Origin: an uncultured Bdellovibrio sp.
Lineage (GTDB): Bacteria > Bdellovibrionota > Bdellovibrionia > Bdellovibrionales > Bdellovibrionaceae
NCBI GenBank assembly: GCA_963932905.1
Contig: CAWVRN010000020.1
Location: 17,332 to 81,331, forward strand
DNA length: 64,000 bases
Direction of reading: 5' to 3'
The notes below the pieces were generated by a model. That model ran no database searches and was not told the origin of the DNA. It worked only from the letters and a program-made list of their open reading frames with translations. A program made the translations under genes and the position numbers. Of the stretch, positions 8,166 through 18,249 are shown piece after piece. Positions within the stretch are counted from its first letter, which is position 1; every line of letters begins with the position of its first letter.

Positions 8166-8801
8166 TTATTCCTTTACCTCAGCCATATTTTTAAAATTGT
8201 CGTAAGTTTTTTGTTGTTTATCGATTTCCTTATTCCAGCGAGTAATTTCGCCTTCATAGCCGATTTTCTTGTTTTTCCATTCGTTCGCTTGAGTGTTAAC
8301 AGATTTTATTTTGTCCGCGACCTGCTTTTCTTGGTCTTTTAGACCTTGAATACGTGTCGTCCATTGTTTTTTCTCTTCTGCTATTTGAGTCGACTGAGTT
8401 TCATAGTCTTTGATATTCTGATTACGCTTAACTTGATTTTCCTTGATCTTTGCAATCAAATCTTCCAACTCTTTGATCTTTTTGTCTTCTTGAGCGAGTT
8501 TGTTTTTTTCATCGTTCAATAGATTTTGAAGTTCTTTTTCGTTGGCTTCGACTTTTTTCATCGACGCTTGATTTTCTTTTAAAGATTTCGCTACTTGAGC
8601 TTTTTGGTCGTCGACTTCTTTCTTTGCTTTATTAACTTCCTGAATATTTTTTTCAACCATACTTAGGTTTTTTTTGTAGTCATCCAAGTTTAGTTTCGCG
8701 TTGTCGATATTTGATTTAATTTTTGCTAATGTATCGGCGCTGTTTGGTTTAGCAAATGATACCGTAGCTGTAAGTAAAAATAGTAATGATATCCGTTTCA
8801 T
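8166..8801 (-). CDS. Secreted long coiled-coil protein, last gene of the gliding operon
   Basis: MKRISLLFLLTATVSFA signal peptide (start 8801 after GGAGG), then K/E/Q heptads throughout. Confidence 0.8.
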   Translation of the reverse strand: MKRISLLFLLTATVSFAKPNSADTLAKIKSNIDNAKLNLDDYKKNLSMVEKNIQEVNKAKKEVDDQKAQVAKSLKENQASMKKVEANEKELQNLLNDEKNKLAQEDKKIKELEDLIAKIKENQVKRNQNIKDYETQSTQIAEEKKQWTTRIQGLKDQEKQVADKIKSVNTQANEWKNKKIGYEGEITRWNKEIDKQQKTYDNFKNMAEVKE

Positions 8802-8802
8802 A

Positions 8803-10878
8803 TTAGTTTCCCTCCTGTGCGCACACATTTTTTAGAGACGAACGGAAATGGCCGATCTCGTCTTCCCAAATTTCACCCTGAAAGTTCCATTTTACTTTTT
8901 TATCTTTTTCTTTGGCCAATTGCGCCGCTGCTAATTCACGTGCCTTTGGATCATCACCTTTTACATCTTGGCTAACCGTTTGGAAACGTAAGTGTTCACC
9001 AGCACCGGAATACACTTCGTATTGAAGCAATTCATTTTGATCTAAAAGATCTTTAAGATCGCCGGTCAATTGGGTTAAGCGTTCTTTCAATACAATACCA
9101 GCGCGAGCGCGGTGTTTCGATTTATCTTTATCGATACGAGCAAACGAAACGTCGCGGATACTCTTTACTGTGTCACGCGCGGTTTTTACACCTTGTTGCT
9201 GATATTTAAAGCTTTGCAACTTCTTTAGAATCATTTGCTCTTCACCTTTTAGAATCTCTTTGTTTTTCTTGGGATCTAAAAGTCCGGCACGGACGTTGGC
9301 TAGATCTTGACTTAGAGCACCTTGTTTTTTGATCAAGTCTTTTTCACGTTGGATCAAACTTAATGTCACTTGGTTAAACGCCGTGATTTCGTCTTCTAAA
9401 CGATTGATATCTTTTTGTACCGTGATGAATGACGGGTGACGTGCCAGTTCGATAATGAACGACCGCGGAACACCATCCACATCTTTTTGATCTGGATTTT
9501 TAAGCCACGATCTAACGGTTTGATAGTAATCTGCGGCCTCTTTCTTTTGCGATACGTAGGTTTCAATACGTCCATAATAAGGAGCGTATTTTCTGCCCAA
9601 TGCCGTTAGAACCTGCAAGCTGTCACCGAATTGACACAAATTTAAATAACTGACCGTACGAACCACATAGGATTCTGGATTGTACGCATTCTTAAAAAAG
9701 TCTGTATGTAACGAGAACATATTTCCGGCAGCGCCTTCATAGTCGTTAATCAGAATTTGTGTCCAAGCTAATTCCACCATGGCTTGCAACCACAGTGGAT
9801 GGTCCTTGTCGACTGCAAGATATAACTTCTGTGCTTCTTTATAGTCTTGTTTTTGAAATTTGATACGCGCCAAAGTTAATGATGCTAATGTTTGGATTGC
9901 TGTTAACGACTGTTTGTTTTTTAAAACTTCATCAATGTAAGCCTCAGCTTCAGAAATCTTACCTTGACGATATTTTGAAAGACCCGCGATGAACCTGGAT
10001 TCTGGATAAAATTCAGATTTTTCAGGAATCAATGCTAAAGCCGCTTCCACTTCTGTTAAGTTACCTTTTTCTAAGTAGTATTTAGCGCGGTAGAATTGAT
10101 AACCATCGTACTTGTCCGCGTCGAAATCAACGTTTTCAACCAGTGGGTCGATGTCGCCGATATCGTTGATTTCAAGTAAAAAGGCACCTTTCACTAGTTC
10201 CTCCGTCGCCCACAGTTTTAAATCTTTTGATTTTGACTGTGAGGATACTTTTACAAGCGCATTTTTAAATTCCGAATACAGCTTTAGTTCTTTGCTTGTT
10301 AAACCATAGTGGTAATAAGCTTCTAAACCGAATTCTTTATCTTTTAATAGCTCACCGAAGTGTGCAAGCGCCATTTCGTAATTTTTGATATTCTCGAAGT
10401 AGATTTGGCCTTCCAACAATTTGAATTCTTGCGGTTTAAACAGAGTAATATCTTTCAGTGCCACATTGGGTTCTAAGAATGTCGGCTGATAGGTATCTTT
10501 CAATGCTTCTAAGGCCGGTACCGCCGCGATTGTTTTTGGCGATGAAATTGTTTTCACTGGATTCAACGCCGGGATCGTGGTCACCTTCTTATCCATTTCA
10601 ACCATTTTTACGATATTAGGCTTACGGATTTTCTCGTTCTGAACTTGAAATTGAGTCAAATTAACTTGAGTTTCTTTATAGCTTATTTCGTTTTCTGTCC
10701 CGATATCCAACCGAGGAATATCTTGGCCAGGTTTAAAATCAAACGATGGAACTTTTGATTTTTTAATTTTTAGCTTACGGGACGGCGTAGATCCCTTCGT
10801 TATTACTTCCAATTGAGCTTGCGCTAGGAATGGAACAAGTAATGCCAAAATAGCTAAATTAATTTTTGCCTTAGTCAT
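8803..10878 (-). CDS. gltC: TPR protein, GltC-like gliding component
   Basis: Signal peptide, TPR repeats, C-terminal WNFQGEIWEDEIGHFRSSLKNVC typical of GltC-like proteins; operon context. Confidence 0.72.
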   Translation of the reverse strand: MTKAKINLAILALLVPFLAQAQLEVITKGSTPSRKLKIKKSKVPSFDFKPGQDIPRLDIGTENEISYKETQVNLTQFQVQNEKIRKPNIVKMVEMDKKVTTIPALNPVKTISSPKTIAAVPALEALKDTYQPTFLEPNVALKDITLFKPQEFKLLEGQIYFENIKNYEMALAHFGELLKDKEFGLEAYYHYGLTSKELKLYSEFKNALVKVSSQSKSKDLKLWATEELVKGAFLLEINDIGDIDPLVENVDFDADKYDGYQFYRAKYYLEKGNLTEVEAALALIPEKSEFYPESRFIAGLSKYRQGKISEAEAYIDEVLKNKQSLTAIQTLASLTLARIKFQKQDYKEAQKLYLAVDKDHPLWLQAMVELAWTQILINDYEGAAGNMFSLHTDFFKNAYNPESYVVRTVSYLNLCQFGDSLQVLTALGRKYAPYYGRIETYVSQKKEAADYYQTVRSWLKNPDQKDVDGVPRSFIIELARHPSFITVQKDINRLEDEITAFNQVTLSLIQREKDLIKKQGALSQDLANVRAGLLDPKKNKEILKGEEQMILKKLQSFKYQQQGVKTARDTVKSIRDVSFARIDKDKSKHRARAGIVLKERLTQLTGDLKDLLDQNELLQYEVYSGAGEHLRFQTVSQDVKGDDPKARELAAAQLAKEKDKKVKWNFQGEIWEDEIGHFRSSLKNVCAQEGN

Positions 10879-10886
10879 AGTTCCCT

Positions 10887-11696
10887 CTATTTCCAAAATG
10901 TAACGCCAAATTGAAAGGCGGTATCATTTATCATCTTAGACCCGATGTCTTGACCATTCGTTGAGTTCACGCGTGCTTCGTTAGTGTAGCGATTAATTAA
11001 ATCGATGCGGATCGCCCAGTGTTCCGTTAAGAAGAATTGCTGCATAATAGAGAACGAGTAGTGCGATGCTGATTTAGAAGACTTTGTAATACCTTCTAGA
11101 CCCGTTCCTGATTTACAGTTCTCTAGCACCGTACACGAGTTTTGTTCGAAGGTTGTATTACCCAGACCCAAGCCGAAACCCATGTCAAAGTAGATAATTT
11201 TCTTATCTAACAAGCTCATTTTTGCGTAGATGGGTACCCAGTACGCCATTATTGTCTGTGCTGATTTAAATGTGTTGTGGTCGGGCAAGACTCCGTAACG
11301 TTTTTTAAAGTAGTCAACGGTATCGTTGAATCCAAAATTAGCATTTACATAGTTGAATTCTAAACCAAAGCGTTCGTTAAAGAAGTAACCTAAATTCATG
11401 CCCGTTAAGCTACCGACAGAGTTCGGGTCATTAAACGGAACACCGTAATTTAATGATAAGAATGCACGTTTTTCTTTTTGGAAGGCGCGGTTTTGGATAA
11501 CACTGAAATCGTCATCTTTAGCTGACCAATATTTTTGTTCTAATTTTTGGATGTCCAATTTATCGGAATCCACGTTTTCAATTTTTTTTGGTTCCTCCGC
11601 TGGCTTAGCTTGTTGTTGAGCCAGAACGGTGGTCGAAAATGAGATTAAAATCCCAAGGCAAAGCAATGCTACTGATGTCGGTTGATGGTATGCCAC
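10887..11696 (-). CDS. Outer-membrane beta-barrel, GltA/GltB/GltH-like
   Basis: Signal peptide; VIQNR.F.K, GYFFNERFGLE, VPIYAKMSLL; terminal strand FQFGVTFW; GTG start after AGGAGG. Confidence 0.8.
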   Translation of the reverse strand: MAYHQPTSVALLCLGILISFSTTVLAQQQAKPAEEPKKIENVDSDKLDIQKLEQKYWSAKDDDFSVIQNRAFQKEKRAFLSLNYGVPFNDPNSVGSLTGMNLGYFFNERFGLEFNYVNANFGFNDTVDYFKKRYGVLPDHNTFKSAQTIMAYWVPIYAKMSLLDKKIIYFDMGFGLGLGNTTFEQNSCTVLENCKSGTGLEGITKSSKSASHYSFSIMQQFFLTEHWAIRIDLINRYTNEARVNSTNGQDIGSKMINDTAFQFGVTFWK

Positions 11697-11719
11697 ATAT
11701 CCTCCTGTGATTGTGCTTT

Positions 11720-13189
11720 TTAGTTAGTACTCTTAAATAAGAACGGATAGGTCACTATGACCTTGGTTCCGCCACGCGGGGCTGGGAATTTCCAGCTCGC
11801 AATTTTATTCAGCATACATCCTTCGACTGTAGTATTCTTCAAAGTGGTATCGCTCACGGTCTGAGTTTCGACCTTTCCACTACCACTGATGGTGAATTTC
11901 ACAGAGACTTTACCAAATAATTCTTTATTCGCAGATAATTGACGTTCGTAACAGTATAGGATTTGACCTAACTGTGTGCGGATATAGGTAGCGATCTCTT
12001 CACGATCTAAACCACCGACAACTTCGGATTCATCTTCAATTAGCCCTACGCCGCCTTTTCCTACTTTACCACCCGAAAGGGCTGCAAAATTACCAACGCT
12101 TTTTCCGCCACCGATACCGTTCGTAGAAATTTTCAATCCACGTGAACCGCTATCTTGACTCCAGTCATCGCCAGACTTTTCTATTTTTCCTATGGCTGCC
12201 AATGCACGACCCGATGGACCACTGCCAGCAGCTACACCGTCAGATAAAATAACGGTCTTAGATTTCGCACCTTGGCTAGATACCTTCGATAGTAAAGAAG
12301 ATATTTTGCCAGAGTTCAAGTTTTTAAGCATACCAGCCACTTTTGTTTTAGCCGGTTGACTGTCGCCACTTGATTCTACTTTGGGAGCTTCGACCGGTGC
12401 CGTTAGCTTCTGAGTTTCATCTTTAACTGCGACTTTGCTTTTCTCTTTTTTCATTGGTTGCACGGGCTCAGTAATGATAATTTTCGCCGTAGCCTTTTTT
12501 GAAATCGGTACATAGCGTTCTGTTCTTGGAATGAGCGAGAAAGTTACTGCGAATACCAAACAGAAAGTAAGTAGGGCAGCGATGCCAACTTTGGAATCGC
12601 GTTCAATGAAATCTTCCATGCGAAGAAAAAACAACTGAGTTGGTTTTTCTACCTCGATTGATTTTTGTTTTAGAGTGAAATCGCCATATTTGGAAACGTT
12701 CCATGACGAAGAGGGAATCGGTTCCACTTTGACGGCGCCAGACAGTGTTCTGGATGTGTATTTTTTGTTGAATGGGATAATTTGCGTTTCCACGACGTCA
12801 TCGCCAAAACAAACTTGGAAAATTTGAAATTTCTTAACGTTTTTGGACGTCGTTGGAGGAGCAATCTGGAACCTGTTAAGTTCGATCGTTTTGGTTAGTT
12901 CGCTTAAAAGCAATTTGGAGTTTTTAAATTTAACTTCAGTAGCGGTTGAATCAACGGATGTTAAAGGTCCGGTCGCTGCCTTATGAGATGTGGAATTCAT
13001 AGAAACATAAACCCAAGCTCCATCTCTGATTTCAAAAATACCTTCCCATGATTCTAGCGATGTATCGATAGAAACGATGTCAGCGGTACGCGAGGTGCCG
13101 AACGTATATTGAGATTTGTCGCCTGAAAGTTTCCAGACTTTTCTCTCGCCCGTAGTAGTATGTTGTTCAATAAATAATTGCTTCATCAT
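11720..13189 (-). CDS. gltG: GltG/PglI-like protein: FHA-like N-terminus, single TM, Gly-rich linker, TonB-C-like (AgmX/PglI) domain
   Basis: GGLDREEI...ILYCYERQL...GKVSVKFTI...C...WKFPAPRGG...VTYPFLF. Confidence 0.8.
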   Translation of the reverse strand: MMKQLFIEQHTTTGERKVWKLSGDKSQYTFGTSRTADIVSIDTSLESWEGIFEIRDGAWVYVSMNSTSHKAATGPLTSVDSTATEVKFKNSKLLLSELTKTIELNRFQIAPPTTSKNVKKFQIFQVCFGDDVVETQIIPFNKKYTSRTLSGAVKVEPIPSSSWNVSKYGDFTLKQKSIEVEKPTQLFFLRMEDFIERDSKVGIAALLTFCLVFAVTFSLIPRTERYVPISKKATAKIIITEPVQPMKKEKSKVAVKDETQKLTAPVEAPKVESSGDSQPAKTKVAGMLKNLNSGKISSLLSKVSSQGAKSKTVILSDGVAAGSGPSGRALAAIGKIEKSGDDWSQDSGSRGLKISTNGIGGGKSVGNFAALSGGKVGKGGVGLIEDESEVVGGLDREEIATYIRTQLGQILYCYERQLSANKELFGKVSVKFTISGSGKVETQTVSDTTLKNTTVEGCMLNKIASWKFPAPRGGTKVIVTYPFLFKSTN

Positions 13190-13193
13190 TTTA

Positions 13194-13439
13194 TTATCTC
13201 ACGTAAAAACTAGCGTCCCTGATTTTCTTGTCCATGTTCTTTTGGACATCCACTAACGGCATAAATTTAATACCTTTTTTCTGCACTAGAAACGCGCCGT
13301 CTGGATTTCTGATGGTTCCTTTAATGCTCATCTCGGAAAAGTTAACTTCCTGAACTTTTCTAACGACTTTCTTTTTAGATTGGGAAAATGACGGTGCAGT
13401 CAGCATCAGCATTAAACTAAATAGTAAATAAGCTCGCAT
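13194..13439 (-). CDS. gltF: Small exported GltF/CglF-like protein
   Basis: Signal peptide; VNFSEMSIKGTIRNPDGAFL resembles the CglF 'DF....IEG....P.G' motif; position between gltD and gltG. Confidence 0.65.
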   Translation of the reverse strand: MRAYLLFSLMLMLTAPSFSQSKKKVVRKVQEVNFSEMSIKGTIRNPDGAFLVQKKGIKFMPLVDVQKNMDKKIRDASFYVR

Positions 13440-13496
13440 ACTAAGTCCTTCCTTAAACAATTTATTCCGCCGCTTACATACCGTATTGGATCTAAG

Positions 13497-16400
13497 TTAT
13501 TGCTTTTTGGTCTTCAAGAAGTCTAACTTCTTTACCAGCCACGATTTCTTATCGGCTAGTCTAGTTTCTTTATTAGCTAAATCATAAAAATATATGGCGC
13601 GTTCTGTAGAATTCTTAAACACTTCATAAATGCGCGCTTTCGAAAAATACAGATACTCTGGCTTTTTCCATTGAGCGGCCGGAAGCGAATCCAGTGTCTT
13701 AATTGCCTTTTCAGTATTCTCAACTTGAGACAAGCTTTCTGCAATAAAGGGTATTAAATATTCACGTAAGCCTGCATTTTCGGTATACTCGCGCTGCTTC
13801 ATCAAATCATAGTGGATACCGTCAACAGTTTTGTAGTCTTTGTTTTTATAGGACATTAAGAATCGCGAGTATAAACCCATATACGATTCGATATCATTCA
13901 AGTTGGCTAGAGCTTCAACGTTGATTTCCATCGTAGCATCCGGTTTATTTTTCTGCTTTAGTAAGCTGATGTTATACTGAATTAGACCAATGCCGTTTTG
14001 AGTTTCTTTTAAAAGCTTTTCAAAGATCCATTGAGCTTTTAAGTACTGACCTCTTTTAAAAGCGACATATCCATTTGCCCACTGAACTTGTTCAAGATGG
14101 TTTTCTTTGTTCGACAATTGAGACGCGAACGATTCAGCTAAATCGATTTGTAATTTTTCACCGCAGCTATAAACCTGAGCCAAGTCGATATTTTTAGAAT
14201 CTTTGCGACAATCAGAAACATCTTGGTTTGAAAATAATTTGATGTTGCCGGTCGTAGTTTTAGGAATCGCTAACGTTAAGAATGTTTCGTACTTGGTGCC
14301 TAATTCTAATCGGGCACTTGTTTCCGGAGTCGTCTCTAGCCAAGCGTCTACATTGGCTGTCCTGCGATTTTTATTAGAATCTTTTTCACCGATCGCAGCT
14401 AGGTTTTCTTTACGTTTTTCTTCAATCGGACCTAGGACTTTTTTAATTTCACCGCGCAGTTCGGCTTGGTCTTTTGCTGATAAACTTTCAGGTAGTGGCA
14501 TAGTCGCCAGAGCTTCGATGTAGTGACCATAACAACGGTCGATAGCTTCAAAGCTGCTACGAACAAGATCCGGAGCGGTGGTCATTTTCGTGACACTTAA
14601 GTACGCCGTTTGCGCCTTTTCAAGCCGTTCTGTTTTCAGTTGAATGATCATTGCGAGACGATCTTCTTTGCTTGTTTTCATGCTTTGCGAGGTGAATTCT
14701 TGTTCTAGAATTTGACCTTGAATAAAGCGAGCCTTCGCTCGGGCCTCGGTAGGGGAATCGCGTTTAAGGATTTTCATTGTTAATTCAAATGCATCCTTAT
14801 AATTTTTATCGTTGAATAAATTAACGGCTTTTTCAGTTAGTACTTCTGTTGCAAACGGTTCTATGTTCAATTCGAGGATAATACCATTAATTTTTTGGAT
14901 TTCCTTTTGATCTTTAGAACTATCCAGCGTCGCTTTTATTTTTGCAAATAGCTGAATACGTTTGTTTTTTGGAGAGTCGTTAAGTAATTGCTGATAGATG
15001 GTACGTGCGTCTTTATTGTTGCCTTCAAGTAAAAACAAATCTGCTGCATTTTCCGAGTAGAGATGTTTTTTGTCTTTTTCTTTTTCCATCGCTGCTAATT
15101 TTAGTGACCATTCGGCTGCTTTTTTCAAGTTGGTCAAATCTGTATATGAATTGATTAAGTCTTTTATCAAATTCGATTTCTTATCGTAATTTGGATAAAG
15201 TTTTAGTAGGTCTTCAGCAGACTGAGCGAATTTATTCAGACTTTTGTTTTCCAAATAGATTTTTAAGGCGTCAAGCAACGCACGCTGACCTAAATCAGAT
15301 CCTTTGTGTAAATCAAAATAGCTTATCAAGTTTTGTGTTTGCTCCATAGGCTTAAGCTGACTGTTTTTAACCTGGATTTCAGAAAAGTGTGACTCTTCGT
15401 AAATTTTTTGTAGAGATTTAGAGCGAGCCTCGTCTTTTGATTCTTTGAGGTAAACTTGCGACAAACTTTTTAGTTCGGTGTAGCGCTTTTGGATGTTGTA
15501 GATATCTAGGATTAAATCCTGAGATTTAGACCTAACAACCAAATCGTTTTTAGATTTTTCGGTAACAGTTAATACCTTAAGTGCTTCCTCGTAGTTTTTT
15601 TCTTCATAATATATAACCGCTACTTTTAGACCCACTGGATAGAAGTGTTCGCCTTCAGGGAATTTTGTGTAATATTCGATCGAACGTTGTTTACGGTCAT
15701 CTTTCTTTTTGTCCGACGATTTTAATTCTAACTGTTTTTCAATTGAATACAAGCTTGCATATAAAGTATCGTGAACTTCTTTTTTTTCTTTTGAATGGGA
15801 GGCTACGAAATAGTAGTTCTCCGCGGCTTCGTCGTATTTTTCGATTTGGAATTGCAGTTCCGCCAAAATAGTGCGAGTTTTTAAATCTGGCGTGGTTACA
15901 TCTTCGTTTTTAATAATTAATTTTAGAATGGTTTCTGTTAGTAACGAAAACTCTTTGTGGCTTTTGTTTTTCTGCCAAATTTCCCACCAACGTTTAGCAA
16001 GATCAAGGCTAGCACGTTTGAATTCAGATTGGCAAATTTCTGCAACTTCCTCGGCCGTTTGCTCTTTTCGCCAGCGAGAACCGACGGCACACTCTTCTCC
16101 GGCGTAGGTCAGTTCCGATATGACCTGGTCACGTTTTTTTATAGTTTCATATGTTTCTGCCATCAAAATGTGAGATTTAACTACATACATATTGTCTGGC
16201 TCTTTTTTGATGAATTCGTTCAAAAAAATATGAATGTCTTTTAGGCGTGAATAGGAATCATATAGTTTTGCCATATCAAATAGGGCAGGACCAAGTTCAT
16301 CTGTCGTTACGATTCCTTTAAAGAAATCGTATAAATCTTCAGCTTGATAGACTTCTCCAATAAATAGTACTAGGTCACGGATGGCTTCCTTACGTAAATA

Positions 16401-17183
16401 GTAGCCTTTTTTATTTGTGCCTTCAGTTTCAGGAGGATTTTTTTGAACAACTAGTTTCAATTTTTTAATCGCTTCGGCCGAATTTTTTAAATTGTAGTTG
16501 GCCCAGCCCAATTTATACAGACCGTAGACGTAAACGCGAGATTCCGGATAGTTTTCAATTTTTTCAAAATACAATTTCGCGTCGGCAAATCTACCTTGAT
16601 CGTATAACAGTTCGCCCAATGCAAGTAGGGTGTCTGGAAGAATTGCTGAATTCGGAAAACGATCAATTAAGATTTTGTAATTGGCTTCTGAATTTTTCTT
16701 TAAATTCAATTGTTGGTAAGCAAACGCAGAGTTAAATAAAACACTATCTGTTTCGTTAAATTTTGGATACTGGGTCAGGATAATATTGTAAGTCTTGACC
16801 GCTTTTTGCAACCAGTCGGCACCTTTGGCTTCTGCCACAGGGAATGAACTAAGTGTTTTCGAATTTGCACTTCGTTGTAAATCGAAGAAGCGACCTGATT
16901 TTGATTTACGCATGTAGAGTTCTGCTAAACGATTCAGTAGGTCAGGTTCCTGCGGAGTTCCTTTTTTCTTTTTTAAAATATTTTGCAAAGCTTCAATGGC
17001 TTTATTTTCTGTCTTTGAAATTAGTACTTCAGATTTCAGATTTTGTGAGTCCGTTTCTGTTTCAGTGCTTTTTTGTGTGTTGAGCTCGGGTAGGAGGCCC
17101 CGGTCATCGCCTTTAGGTGCAGCGATTAAAGATGTAGAAATTAAAACTAGTAGAACAATCTTAGTGGCATATCTATTCATCAT
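13497..17183 (-). CDS. gltD: Large exported TPR protein, GltD/AgmU-like (possibly with a GltE-like C-terminal extension)
   Basis: Signal peptide; PDLLNRLAELY, YKLGWANYNL, many TPRs; operon context. Confidence 0.72.
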   Translation of the reverse strand: MMNRYATKIVLLVLISTSLIAAPKGDDRGLLPELNTQKSTETETDSQNLKSEVLISKTENKAIEALQNILKKKKGTPQEPDLLNRLAELYMRKSKSGRFFDLQRSANSKTLSSFPVAEAKGADWLQKAVKTYNIILTQYPKFNETDSVLFNSAFAYQQLNLKKNSEANYKILIDRFPNSAILPDTLLALGELLYDQGRFADAKLYFEKIENYPESRVYVYGLYKLGWANYNLKNSAEAIKKLKLVVQKNPPETEGTNKKGYYLRKEAIRDLVLFIGEVYQAEDLYDFFKGIVTTDELGPALFDMAKLYDSYSRLKDIHIFLNEFIKKEPDNMYVVKSHILMAETYETIKKRDQVISELTYAGEECAVGSRWRKEQTAEEVAEICQSEFKRASLDLAKRWWEIWQKNKSHKEFSLLTETILKLIIKNEDVTTPDLKTRTILAELQFQIEKYDEAAENYYFVASHSKEKKEVHDTLYASLYSIEKQLELKSSDKKKDDRKQRSIEYYTKFPEGEHFYPVGLKVAVIYYEEKNYEEALKVLTVTEKSKNDLVVRSKSQDLILDIYNIQKRYTELKSLSQVYLKESKDEARSKSLQKIYEESHFSEIQVKNSQLKPMEQTQNLISYFDLHKGSDLGQRALLDALKIYLENKSLNKFAQSAEDLLKLYPNYDKKSNLIKDLINSYTDLTNLKKAAEWSLKLAAMEKEKDKKHLYSENAADLFLLEGNNKDARTIYQQLLNDSPKNKRIQLFAKIKATLDSSKDQKEIQKINGIILELNIEPFATEVLTEKAVNLFNDKNYKDAFELTMKILKRDSPTEARAKARFIQGQILEQEFTSQSMKTSKEDRLAMIIQLKTERLEKAQTAYLSVTKMTTAPDLVRSSFEAIDRCYGHYIEALATMPLPESLSAKDQAELRGEIKKVLGPIEEKRKENLAAIGEKDSNKNRRTANVDAWLETTPETSARLELGTKYETFLTLAIPKTTTGNIKLFSNQDVSDCRKDSKNIDLAQVYSCGEKLQIDLAESFASQLSNKENHLEQVQWANGYVAFKRGQYLKAQWIFEKLLKETQNGIGLIQYNISLLKQKNKPDATMEINVEALANLNDIESYMGLYSRFLMSYKNKDYKTVDGIHYDLMKQREYTENAGLREYLIPFIAESLSQVENTEKAIKTLDSLPAAQWKKPEYLYFSKARIYEVFKNSTERAIYFYDLANKETRLADKKSWLVKKLDFLKTKKQ

Positions 17184-17671
17184 TGACTCGACGTTATGAG
17201 TTTAATTTGTGGAAATCCAGCCATGGACGCCGTATACATTACCTTTTTGATGACCGCGTAAGGAAGTTCGCGATCGGCGATTAATAAAATTTGGCCATCT
17301 TTTACAGCTTTCACTGTAGTTTCCTTAGATGTTTTTTCTAGCGACTTAAATAGTGCAGGAATAAAATTAGGATCTTTAGGATCTTTATCACTAGCCGCAA
17401 AATCTGTCCCTTTAACTTGTGCTAAGATTTCTTTGCCGATAGTTAACGACTCTTTGCTTAGGGTCATTTCTAAGCCTTGAGTTAGTACGCCTTCAGATTG
17501 TGATGTTGGCATACGTATATCAGCCGGAGCTTCGATTTGAACTTCCGACGTATTGTACGTTTGCAGTAAGAACACTAGGATCACGGTAAACATATCGGTT
17601 AACGATGTCACGTTGACCATAATACCTGTTTTCTTATTAATCTCTGGCGAGTACCTTTTTCTTCTAGACAT
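17180..17671 (-). CDS. aglS: ExbD/TolR-family stator subunit, AglS-like
   Basis: TM VNVTSLTDMFTVILVFLL with conserved Asp; IADRELPY..IKKVMYTA..AGF. Confidence 0.8.
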   Translation of the reverse strand: MSRRKRYSPEINKKTGIMVNVTSLTDMFTVILVFLLQTYNTSEVQIEAPADIRMPTSQSEGVLTQGLEMTLSKESLTIGKEILAQVKGTDFAASDKDPKDPNFIPALFKSLEKTSKETTVKAVKDGQILLIADRELPYAVIKKVMYTASMAGFPQIKLITSSQ

Positions 17672-17677
17672 AACGAC

Positions 17678-18214
17678 CTATTGAAAAATGTTGTTAAATA
17701 CGACTTCTGGGAAAAGGAAATCGGTTTTGACTTCTTTTCCTGTCTTCGGGTCCATGAATGTAAACTCATCATTATTGCTGGACTTTCTAGATCCATCTAA
17801 AATAGTAACCACTTCGCTATAAGACATAGCGTCGTTTGGTGCGAGTTCAATTTTGAATACTTCCGGATTCTTTTTTTTGATCTCGACTAACTTTGCATTT
17901 AATCCAGCCAAGTTTAAATTAGCACCGTTTGCTGGAATTTTAGATGTGTCGGTCGCATCACCTTTAGTCACCACAACGCTGAAATTTTTAGAGTCGTCGA
18001 CCAAAATTTTAATTTTTGCCATTTTTTCTGGATTCAATTTTTGGTTTTCGATTTGTTGTTTGACGACTTGAGGCAAATCGGTTTCGATTTGTGTCAATTG
18101 AAGAAACGACGATGAAATTACCAGTACCGGTACCAGTTTCATGATGATCGCTAGTAGCGGCGTTAAATCCAGTTCAAATTCCTCGTAATGTGTGCGGAAC
18201 TTCTTGATCCCCAT
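17678..18214 (-). CDS. aglQ: ExbD/TolR-family stator subunit, AglQ-like (TM Asp absent)
   Basis: ELDLTPLLAIIMKLVPVLVISSSF TM; Y.EVV.ILD..R, LFPEVVF. Confidence 0.7.
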   Translation of the reverse strand: MGIKKFRTHYEEFELDLTPLLAIIMKLVPVLVISSSFLQLTQIETDLPQVVKQQIENQKLNPEKMAKIKILVDDSKNFSVVVTKGDATDTSKIPANGANLNLAGLNAKLVEIKKKNPEVFKIELAPNDAMSYSEVVTILDGSRKSSNNDEFTFMDPKTGKEVKTDFLFPEVVFNNIFQ

Positions 18215-18249
18215 TTTTGTTACCCCTTTTTAAGTCCTTTGTGGCCCTA

